53,592 nucleotides of DNA from positions 1 to 53,592 of the IMG/VR virus record IMGVR_UViG_3300007094_000013. One strand, written 5' to 3'. This DNA comes from a virus (lineage: Duplodnaviria > Caudoviricetes). The notes under the pieces were generated by a model. The model searched no databases and was not told the DNA's origin. It saw nothing but the letters and a program-made list of their open reading frames with translations. Each line of letters opens with the position of its first letter. The stretch's first letter is position 1. Below are positions 17,760-25,296 of this stretch, piece by piece. The position numbers were made by a program, and so were the translations under genes.

Positions 17760-18254
17760 ATGGCAATCCACTTCACGGTCGGGCACTACATCGTCAACGA
17801 GGCATCGGAGGTCACGCGGTGCCCGTCCTACTACGCGGCAGACCACGAGACGCTTCGGCTCAAGCCGGGCCGCTATCCGGTTCGCGTGATGGTCGAGGGA
17901 CAGGAGTTGTTCAAGAACGGGGTCGACGGCAAGTGGTGCCCCGTGCCCCGCTGGCTGCTGGTCGGCGTTGCCAGCGAGCGCGTGAGCGGCCGCCTCTACA
18001 ACGGCTTCGGCGGCGTGAACTACTCGTCGACCGAGTTGCCAGCCGGAGAGGCCGTCGAGTATGGGCTGCAGTTCAACCCGTACCAGATCGCCGGCCTCAT
18101 CGCCGCCGGTAAGGTGGAGCCGCTGCCCGGCATGGAGTCTGTGTGTGCCGGCATGGCCGACAACCATTACGACCTCGCACGTCAGTGGACGTTCGAACAG
18201 GTCAGCGGCTTCCCCGAGGCGACGTGTCCGCGCCGCCTCGGCCGGGGGTGGTAG
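17760..18254 (+). CDS. Hypothetical protein
   Basis: GGGAGGACAC RBS after a hairpin leader. Confidence 0.7.
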   Translation: MAIHFTVGHYIVNEASEVTRCPSYYAADHETLRLKPGRYPVRVMVEGQELFKNGVDGKWCPVPRWLLVGVASERVSGRLYNGFGGVNYSSTELPAGEAVEYGLQFNPYQIAGLIAAGKVEPLPGMESVCAGMADNHYDLARQWTFEQVSGFPEATCPRRLGRGW

Positions 18255-18304
18255 CCGGCGGTCGCCCCGGCCGCCCCCCCCACTCGTCGGGCCGGGGCGG
18301 CCGG

Positions 18305-18397
18305 GGATGCGATCCGCCGCGGAAAAAATGCACTCGATTTCTTACGAAAAAGGAATCGGAATCTATTGGACAGAAACCGCCGATAAGGGATAATGCA
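18305..18397 (+). promoter_or_regulatory. Repeated promoter cassette, copy A
   Basis: 39 bp (18359-18397) identical to 22201-22239; contains TTGGAC-N17-GATAAT; upstream TCCGCNGCGGA palindrome. Confidence 0.75.
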
Positions 18398-18440
18398 CTC
18401 ACCGGCCCGAGGACAGGCCGGCAACCCAGAGGACACGACG

Positions 18441-18737
18441 ATGGACACCATGCTCAAAAACTGGCTGACCGACAACGGCTTCAACAACACAACCCGCGAC
18501 GGCTTGGATTTCGGCACGCGGTTCGACAAGGGAAGCCTCCGCGTGTGCGACGGCATCGACGAGGTGGCGGTCATCATGTTCACCGGCCGCCCGGGCTACT
18601 CCGGCACGGCGTGGGAACTGCGGTTCGCGGCACCCGAGGGTCGGCTGTCGATGCCGGTCGAAGTGGTCATCGCCACCATCCGTGCCGCTGGCGTCACGTC
18701 CGAGGCCTCGGCCCGCAAGGCGAAGGCCGCCCGTTGA
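18441..18737 (+). CDS. Hypothetical protein
   Basis: Conserved leader plus ATG. Confidence 0.7.
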   Translation: MDTMLKNWLTDNGFNNTTRDGLDFGTRFDKGSLRVCDGIDEVAVIMFTGRPGYSGTAWELRFAAPEGRLSMPVEVVIATIRAAGVTSEASARKAKAAR

Positions 18738-18754
18738 TTGTTCGGATACACGAC

Positions 18755-18778
18755 CACCACCACCACCACCACCACCAC
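18755..18778 (+). repeat. (CAC)8 intergenic tract
   Basis: Counted directly; abuts the RBS. Confidence 0.95.
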
Positions 18779-18790
18779 GAGGACACGACG

Positions 18791-19090
18791 ATGAAGACCC
18801 CCATGATGACCGCCGGCGACGTTGCGAAGGCCGAAGTGATGACGTGCGGCGTCATTACGACCAAGTACCTCGGTGCCACCAACCACCGCTCAAGCCGGAT
18901 CAAGGCCACGAGCGGCAGCGGCAAGACGCTGTTCGTCGCGTGGGACTCGGAACTGGACTCACTCGACAACCACGCGGCAGCGGCGACGTTTCTGGCCGTG
19001 GCCGCCCTCGGCATTCCAGCCGACCAACTCACGCTCGTCGGCGGCTCCCTGCCGCGTAGCGGCTACGCGTTCGCCGTGATGCGGAAGTGA
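18791..19090 (+). CDS. Hypothetical phage protein
   Basis: Conserved leader; ITTKYLGATNHRSSRIKAT...NHAAAA. Confidence 0.7.
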   Translation: MKTPMMTAGDVAKAEVMTCGVITTKYLGATNHRSSRIKATSGSGKTLFVAWDSELDSLDNHAAAATFLAVAALGIPADQLTLVGGSLPRSGYAFAVMRK

Positions 19091-19118
19091 ACTCCACCAC
19101 CACCACGAGGACACCACG

Positions 19119-19370
19119 ATGGCAAGAGATTCACACGACCGCAGCCGAGTGCTTTGGACAGGCAACACGGCACGGCAGGAAGTCATTCAGTTCGCGTCCC
19201 TGCGGCGTGACTTCGCCCCCGGCGAGGCCATAGAGGACGTGTGCGACGGATGGGAGCGCGACCCGGTGAACAGCATCCGGCACCAGATGGGACTCTACGT
19301 TCGCGACCTGTCGGATGCCGCATGGAAGCGGCTCGTGCGAGACGTGGCGAAGGCGAGGAGGACGCCGTGA
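19119..19370 (+). CDS. Hypothetical protein
   Basis: Preceded by (CAC)4 (19095-19106) and a variant leader. Confidence 0.65.
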   Translation: MARDSHDRSRVLWTGNTARQEVIQFASLRRDFAPGEAIEDVCDGWERDPVNSIRHQMGLYVRDLSDAAWKRLVRDVAKARRTP

Positions 19371-19666
19371 TGACGCCTTGGACAACCACCCTCCGAGTCG
19401 GCGACACCCTGCACGTGCTGGCGGCAGGCTCGCCGGACGAGTTGAGACATCTCGTTCGCACCATGTTCGACCGGCTGGTGAAGCCGAACGGCCACGCCGT
19501 GGTCGACGCCGACGGGCGTGCCGTTCACGTGATCGACGAGGAGATCCACCCCACACAGTGGCACACGGACGGCAACCGAGTTCGCGCACGTCGAGTGCGG
19601 TACGAGCGGAAGCCTGACGGCAGCACGACCTCGTCGGTCGTGCGAACAGTTTGGATTCGACCCTGA
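19370..19666 (+). CDS. Hypothetical protein
   Basis: GAGGAGG RBS; overlaps the upstream stop. Confidence 0.6.
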   Translation: MTPWTTTLRVGDTLHVLAAGSPDELRHLVRTMFDRLVKPNGHAVVDADGRAVHVIDEEIHPTQWHTDGNRVRARRVRYERKPDGSTTSSVVRTVWIRP

Positions 19667-19702
19667 CCGGCGAAGCCGGTCGCAGCAGAGGAGGACGTGA
19701 CG

Positions 19703-19981
19703 ATGCCGCTGAAGCATCACGATCAGATTCGGGCGGAGTTGATGGAGGCGACGTGGCTGGCGACGGTGGCGTGCTGCACCGCGCTGCACGACATCGGATT
19801 CGAGTCGGAGACCATCGCGGACGTGCTGCCGCAGGCACAGGCCGATCTCGCGAAGGTCATCGTCGAGAGGTGCGTGGTCGTTGGCAGGGTCACAAAGCCG
19901 ATCCTGCCGGGCGACGCGATCAAGGACGGCCAAGGCTACGCCGAGCGTATTGCCGCCCAACGGGCCGGGAGGGTGGCATGA
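19703..19981 (+). CDS. Hypothetical protein
   Basis: GGAGGACGTGACG-ATG leader variant. Confidence 0.6.
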   Translation: MPLKHHDQIRAELMEATWLATVACCTALHDIGFESETIADVLPQAQADLAKVIVERCVVVGRVTKPILPGDAIKDGQGYAERIAAQRAGRVA

Positions 19982-20199
19982 CCGCAGACGCGCAGCACAC
20001 CGGGCCGCGTTACCCGCACGTCCGCGTGCGGCTGGCCGGCGAGGACGGCAACGCGTTTGCCATCCTCGGCCGGTGCCAGCAGGCGGCGCGACGGGCTGGA
20101 CTCACGGCCGAGCAGATTGCGGAGTACCGCACGGAAGCCACGTCCGGCGACTACGCGAATCTGCTGGCGACGACCCTGCGATTCTTCGATTGCGAGTGA
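19978..20199 (+). CDS. Small conserved phage-type protein
   Basis: ATGA overlap; LAGEDGNAFAILGR...EATSGDY.NLL. Confidence 0.7.
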   Translation: MTADAQHTGPRYPHVRVRLAGEDGNAFAILGRCQQAARRAGLTAEQIAEYRTEATSGDYANLLATTLRFFDCE

Positions 20200-20266
20200 C
20201 CGCGGCGCACGCGACCAACGGCACGGGGCCGACGGTCGTGTAGCCGCACATATGGGAGGACGAGCG

Positions 20267-21376
20267 ATGTGGTTCGACGTGGATCGAGATGGGCTGGCCG
20301 CCATCCTTGAGCGGCGAGGCAAGGCCTTCGCGATTGCCGAGTTGGTCAGCAACGCGTGGGACAGCGGCACGGCCACCGTGGAGATCAGCATGATCCCGCA
20401 GCCGGGCGCGCCGCTGGTGGACGTGACGGTGGAGGATTGGGGCGAAGGCTTTGAAGACCTCTCGCACGCCTACACGATGTTCGCCAAGTCGAGACGAGCC
20501 GGCGATGCCGAGAAGCGTGGCCGTTTCTGCCTCGGCGAGAAACTGGTGCTGGCCTGCTGCCGCAAGGCGGTGATCCGCAGCACCGGCGGCGGCGTGGTGT
20601 TCGAGTCCGGCACGCGGAAGCACGAGCGGCTTCGCCGCACGAGAGGCACGGAGTTCACGGCAGAGATGCGGATGACGCGTGCCGAGTACGAGGACGCGGT
20701 GGCTTTCGTTCGGCGGATGATTCCGCCGGTCGCCACTACGCTGAACGGCGAGGAGATCGCACGACCCGACAGCCTGTGTCGATTCACGGCGAGACTCCAG
20801 ACCGAGGTCGCGGACGCGGACGGAAACCTGCGCCGCACGATGCGCCAGTGCGAGGTCGAGGTCTACGACGGTGCCGACGGCGGCGAACTGCTGGAGATGG
20901 GAGTGCCGGTGGTCGAGTTGGATATGCCGTACCGTGTCAACGTGCTGCAGAAGGTGCCGCTGAACATGGATCGTGACAACGTGACGCCGGCGTACCTCAA
21001 GGCCATTCAAGCCGAGGTGCTGAACCGCGTTCACCATCTGCTGGACGCCGAGCAGGCGGCGGATGCGTGGGTGGCCGAGGCCAGTGCCGACGCCCGGGCG
21101 TCGGAGGAGGCCGTGGGGAGTGTGGTGCGGGCGCGGTTCGGGGATCGTGCGGTCATCGCCACGCCGGGCGACCCGATGGCGAACGCCGCCGCCGAGGCGA
21201 ACGGCTACACCGTGATCCCGGGCGGCGCGATGTCGAGCGGTGCGTGGGCCAACGTGCGGAAGGCCAACGTGCTGCTGCCGGCGTCCAAGGTGTTCCCCAC
21301 CATGACGCCGGCGCAGCGTGCCGAGGCCGCCAAGGCTGCGGACGCCCGTTGCCCGATGTGCGGACGGTCGGGCTGA
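20267..21376 (+). CDS. GHKL (HATPase_c / Hsp90-like) ATPase domain protein
   Basis: N box ELVSNAWDS, G1 box DWGEG, G2-like GRFCLGEK, and GT box. Confidence 0.8.
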   Translation: MWFDVDRDGLAAILERRGKAFAIAELVSNAWDSGTATVEISMIPQPGAPLVDVTVEDWGEGFEDLSHAYTMFAKSRRAGDAEKRGRFCLGEKLVLACCRKAVIRSTGGGVVFESGTRKHERLRRTRGTEFTAEMRMTRAEYEDAVAFVRRMIPPVATTLNGEEIARPDSLCRFTARLQTEVADADGNLRRTMRQCEVEVYDGADGGELLEMGVPVVELDMPYRVNVLQKVPLNMDRDNVTPAYLKAIQAEVLNRVHHLLDAEQAADAWVAEASADARASEEAVGSVVRARFGDRAVIATPGDPMANAAAEANGYTVIPGGAMSSGAWANVRKANVLLPASKVFPTMTPAQRAEAAKAADARCPMCGRSG

Positions 21377-21440
21377 CGCCTGCGGCTTGCCCCGGCGGGT
21401 GCGTTGCCCGCCGGGGTCGGCCGCCACGAGGAGAGCGACC

Positions 21441-21923
21441 ATGCCAATCGACAGTGACCTCGCCGCCTTGCTTGACCTCGGCGTGTCCGTGGTGCGTGTG
21501 GCACGAGGCGACAAGGTGCCGCTCGGCAAGGCGTGGCCGACGCTTGCAACCACTGACCGAAGCCAGATCGAGTCGTGGCTGGCCGGCGGCTACAACATCG
21601 GATTGCTCTGCGGCACGGCTGGCATCATCGACGTGGAGTTTGACAGCGACGACGGCCGCGAGACGTTGAAGCGGCTTGGCATCCTCGACGTGCCGACGCC
21701 AACGTGGTCGAGCAGCCGTGGCGAACACAGGCTGTTTCGGATCGACGGCCTGCTGCCAGAGGCGGCGTGCCGGAAGTTCGGCGGCGCGGAACTCCGCTTC
21801 GGCGGGAGACCGGCACAGTCGGTGCTTCCACCGTCGCGTCATCCGGCCGGCGTGCCGTACCGATGGACGGTCTCCCCTGCCGACGTGCCGCCCGCGACCT
21901 TCGAGCGGAGGTGGCTCCCATGA
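21441..21923 (+). CDS. Stand-alone bifunctional primase-polymerase (Prim-Pol) domain
   Basis: KVP..W...ATTD...NIGLLCG..GIIDVEFD...RGEHRLF...QSVLPPSRH..G.PYRW. Confidence 0.8.
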   Translation: MPIDSDLAALLDLGVSVVRVARGDKVPLGKAWPTLATTDRSQIESWLAGGYNIGLLCGTAGIIDVEFDSDDGRETLKRLGILDVPTPTWSSSRGEHRLFRIDGLLPEAACRKFGGAELRFGGRPAQSVLPPSRHPAGVPYRWTVSPADVPPATFERRWLP

Positions 21924-22144
21924 TGCGCGACGTTGTACGAGCCGCGTGCGTCATAGCCGTGATGGCGGTGGCGGCGTCGTTGGTGGTGGAGGTGCGGCTT
22001 CGCATGGCGGCCATCGACCTCGCACATCGCGGAGCCTGTCCGGCTGTCCATCCATACCCGCCGCCGCCCGAGGCCGGCCCGGTCACGCGGCTGGGCCGGG
22101 CGGCCCTCGGCTTGGCTGACTCAATGGTGGGGGTGCTTCGGTAG
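21920..22144 (+). CDS. Small membrane protein
   Basis: ATGA overlap; N-terminal hydrophobic helix. Confidence 0.55.
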   Translation: MMRDVVRAACVIAVMAVAASLVVEVRLRMAAIDLAHRGACPAVHPYPPPPEAGPVTRLGRAALGLADSMVGVLR

Positions 22145-22146
22145 GC

Positions 22147-22239
22147 GGATGCGATCCGCTGCGGAAAACAAGAGGTCGAAACCTGTCCGAAATGGAAGCC
22201 GAATCTATTGGACAGAAACCGCCGATAAGGGATAATGCA
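22147..22239 (+). promoter_or_regulatory. Repeated promoter cassette, copy B
   Basis: Same two blocks and the same 54-nt spacing as copy A. Confidence 0.75.
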
Positions 22240-22276
22240 GGGGTCACGCAACGACACGCAAACGGAGGACACGACG

Positions 22277-22603
22277 ATGCGACTCAACTCGAAGACGCCG
22301 GTGGAGGTCACGATCACCAAGGCCAACGCGAACCGGCTGCTGGACGCGTTTGCCCGGCCCGACGTGAAGCATGACGAGTGGAGGCTTTTCAACGTACTCG
22401 TCGATCAGATGGACGAACAGGTCGGCCGCTACGTGGTGCTGACCCTCTCGCTCAAAGACGCCAAGGCCATCCACGCGTTCGCCCTTCGCGACATTCAGCG
22501 GGTCATGCCGACCATCTCGCAGCGGTGCTACGGCATCATCGAGAAGGCCTTCCGCGACGGCTACGACGCCCGGCTGCGGAAGATGTGCGGAGAGGCAACC
22601 TGA
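22277..22603 (+). CDS. Hypothetical protein
   Basis: Conserved leader plus ATG. Confidence 0.7.
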   Translation: MRLNSKTPVEVTITKANANRLLDAFARPDVKHDEWRLFNVLVDQMDEQVGRYVVLTLSLKDAKAIHAFALRDIQRVMPTISQRCYGIIEKAFRDGYDARLRKMCGEAT

Positions 22604-22727
22604 CGAAAAATGAAGACCCCCCTATTGACCACAGGAAACCAATAGGGTAAGACCAGCAAACCCGGCGACAACGTAGTCGAAGGGTGGTTCGATTGTTCGG
22701 TAATCCTAGTTTCGGGAGGACGAGACG

Positions 22728-23558
22728 ATGAAGACTGCAACGAAGACGACGAAGGCTCCGGTCAAGGCGACGAAGGCTCCGGCCAAGGCCGCCAAGACCA
22801 AGGCGACGAAGGTGGCGGCTGGCCCGCTGCTGACCGGCGAGACGCTCCGCAAGAGCGTGACCAAGGCCGTCAAGGCCAAGGCGGCCCCCGCCCCGGTGGT
22901 GGAGGTCGTGGACGTGACCGACAAGGTCATGGGCGCGATCGAGCAGCAGGCCAAGGCCACCAAGGCCACCAAGGCCACCAAGGCCAAGGCCACCAAGCCG
23001 GTCGAGGTCGTGCCGGTCAAGGTCGACGTGACGACGGACGTGACGCCGCTCGATCCGAAGGCCGTCGACGCGGTGTACGACTACGCCGAGAAGGCGGGTA
23101 TCGACATCGGCGACGTGGTGCGGATCGCCAAGACGTGCGGCGAGTACGCCGACCTCGTGGCGGCGGCCGGCACCGAGATCACCGACGCCATCGTGGCGGC
23201 GGCTGGCCGCAAGGCCCGCGAGTTCGATGCCGCCGTCATCAAGCCGCACGCCCCGAAGACCGGCCTCAAGCGGGTCTCGGCGGATCGCGGTGCCGCCAAG
23301 GCCGCCAAGGCCAAGGGGGCGAAGGCTCGGATCATGGTGCTGGGCCACGGTGCGTCGAGCGTGGTGCGTGCCCTCCGCACGACCTGCGCCATGACGTTCA
23401 AGCAGATCCGCGCGGTGATGAATGCCCTCGGCGGCGAGTCGGTGTCGGACAACACGATCCGCACCTACATGAGCAACAACGGCCTCAAGCGTGGCGAGTG
23501 TGCCCCGCTGACCGCCGCTCAGTTCGAGCAGGCCAAGGCGGCCGCGCTCGCGTGCTGA
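22728..23558 (+). CDS. Lys/Ala-rich histone H1-like protein with possible C-terminal HTH
   Basis: KATKAPAKAAK repeats; TFKQIRAVM...SDNTIRTY; GGGAGG RBS; upstream TTGACC at about 22625. Confidence 0.65.
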   Translation: MKTATKTTKAPVKATKAPAKAAKTKATKVAAGPLLTGETLRKSVTKAVKAKAAPAPVVEVVDVTDKVMGAIEQQAKATKATKATKAKATKPVEVVPVKVDVTTDVTPLDPKAVDAVYDYAEKAGIDIGDVVRIAKTCGEYADLVAAAGTEITDAIVAAAGRKAREFDAAVIKPHAPKTGLKRVSADRGAAKAAKAKGAKARIMVLGHGASSVVRALRTTCAMTFKQIRAVMNALGGESVSDNTIRTYMSNNGLKRGECAPLTAAQFEQAKAAALAC

Positions 23559-23670
23559 TGACGATTGTTCGGATACCCGTCCGGCCCCGGCAGCGTGCCC
23601 GGGCCGGACGGGGCCGGGCGGCGAGTGCCCGCCCGGTGGATCACTCACACACGTTCGGGAGGACACGACG

Positions 23671-24672
23671 ATGGCTCACGAGATTGACATGACGAAGGCC
23701 GGCGGCTCCGCGATGTTCGCGTATCAGCCGGCGTGGCACGGGCTGGGCACGGTGGTGACGGCGGCTCAGACCTCGGCCGATGCTCTGCGGATCAGCGGCC
23801 TCGACTGGAAGGTCGGCACGGTGGATCTCACCGCTGACTTCGGCGAGGACGCCGGCGACAACCGATACCGGCTCGTGCCGGACGGACGGGCGACGTACCG
23901 GATGGACACGGGCGCGCCGCTGGGTGCCGTGGGGAGCCGCTACACGCCGCTCCAGAATGACGAGGCGTTCTCGTGGATGGACGAGGTTGTCGGCGAGTCC
24001 CTCGCGATCTGGCACACGTGCGGGAGCCTGCGTGGCGGCCGTCGAGTGTGGATGCTGGCGAAACTCCCCGGCACGCTGAACGTCAGCGACACCGACGTGC
24101 TGGAGAAGTACGTGCTGATCGCCAACTCGCACGACGGCTCCGGTGCCGTTCGGCTGTTCCCGACGTCGGTTCGCGTGGTGTGTGCGAACACCCTGCGGCT
24201 GGCGATGGGCATGGCGAAGGCCGGCGGCGTCGAGATGGGCCTCAAACTGTTCCACACGGCAGGCGGCCTCGCCCGCCGGGTGGAGAAGGCCCGCGAGATG
24301 CTCGGCATCATCGACGCCTCGCACCACGAGTTCGCGGAGCAGGCCAAGGCGATGCGGGGCGTGTCGATGTCGAGCCGGAAGGTCTCGGACTACTTCGGCG
24401 GCCTCGTGGCCGACCGGAGCGACCGGGCACGTGAGCGGATGCTGACTCGGTTGTGGGACAGGTTCGCCCTCCCCACCAACGCCGACGGCTTCGGTGCCAA
24501 CGTGTGGACGGCCTACAACGCGGCCAGCGAGTACGCCGACCACGAACTCCGCGTCGTGGGCACGCCAGCCCAGCGGCTGGAGCGTCGGTTCAACTCGACG
24601 CTGTTCGGCACGGCCGACGAGTTCAAGCAGAGGGCATGGTCTGCGGCGTCAGCACTCGTGACCGCGGTGTAG
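23671..24672 (+). CDS. DUF932 / TIGR03299-like phage-plasmid protein
   Basis: MAHEI...PAWHGLG...Y.PLQN.EAF...GSLRGGRRVW...NSHDGS...RVVCANTL...WTAYNAASEYADH. Confidence 0.88.
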   Translation: MAHEIDMTKAGGSAMFAYQPAWHGLGTVVTAAQTSADALRISGLDWKVGTVDLTADFGEDAGDNRYRLVPDGRATYRMDTGAPLGAVGSRYTPLQNDEAFSWMDEVVGESLAIWHTCGSLRGGRRVWMLAKLPGTLNVSDTDVLEKYVLIANSHDGSGAVRLFPTSVRVVCANTLRLAMGMAKAGGVEMGLKLFHTAGGLARRVEKAREMLGIIDASHHEFAEQAKAMRGVSMSSRKVSDYFGGLVADRSDRARERMLTRLWDRFALPTNADGFGANVWTAYNAASEYADHELRVVGTPAQRLERRFNSTLFGTADEFKQRAWSAASALVTAV

Positions 24673-24692
24673 TCCTCCACCGCGAGTCGCGT

Positions 24693-24740
24693 CCCCGGCG
24701 GCGGGTGCCCCCCGTCCTCCCCGCCGCCGGGGTTTCTCTT
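24693..24740 (+). terminator. Intrinsic terminator-like hairpin
   Basis: ccccggcggcggg...cccgccgccgggg followed by tttctctt. Confidence 0.6.
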
Positions 24741-24762
24741 ACACGAGGCACGGGGACAGGTC

Positions 24763-25086
24763 ATGGAGGATCGAGTGATGGACAAGGGAGCGAAGGTCTA
24801 CCGTGGGTTCGTGGCTTCCACGAGCCTCAACAGCAAGGGTGAGCCGCTTGCGTGGGTGGTCGAGGCCACCGTCACCGGCGTGGTTCACGACGGCAAGCCG
24901 GTGATCGACGAGGGTCACGGCAGGCTCTCGGTGATGGGCGACAACTGGCGTCGCACCAAGGCCGAGGCCATTACGGACATCCACTGCGAGATCATCCGCC
25001 TCATCGGGATGATGCAGGCCGCCGCCGACCGCTGGGACGACCAGCGGCTTCACGTGAGCCTCACCGCACCGGAGGCTACGCCGTGA
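24763..25086 (+). CDS. Hypothetical protein
   Basis: ORF in an operon arrangement. Confidence 0.6.
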   Translation: MEDRVMDKGAKVYRGFVASTSLNSKGEPLAWVVEATVTGVVHDGKPVIDEGHGRLSVMGDNWRRTKAEAITDIHCEIIRLIGMMQAAADRWDDQRLHVSLTAPEATP

Positions 25087-25295
25087 ACGTCTCCACCAAG
25101 GACGACGCCACCGTGCGGGAGTGGCTGGCCGTGATCGCCATGGCGACCGACGCCGACTCGCCGTTCGTGGGCATGGTTGACCTGACGGGCATCTTCGCGC
25201 TGCCGCTGCCGCTGCAGCATCGAATCCACGACGCCATGACACCGGAGCAGCGGAACAGGCTTGCCGCGGTGTATGGCCCGAAGCAGGGAGGGTGA
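25083..25295 (+). CDS. Hypothetical protein
   Basis: GTGA overlap; GGAGG RBS. Confidence 0.55.
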   Translation: MNVSTKDDATVREWLAVIAMATDADSPFVGMVDLTGIFALPLPLQHRIHDAMTPEQRNRLAAVYGPKQGG

Positions 25296-25296
25296 G

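Noticed and set aside
17175-23673. CRISPR array
   Set aside because: Repeats are short, irregularly spaced and separated by whole genes; no cas genes seen.
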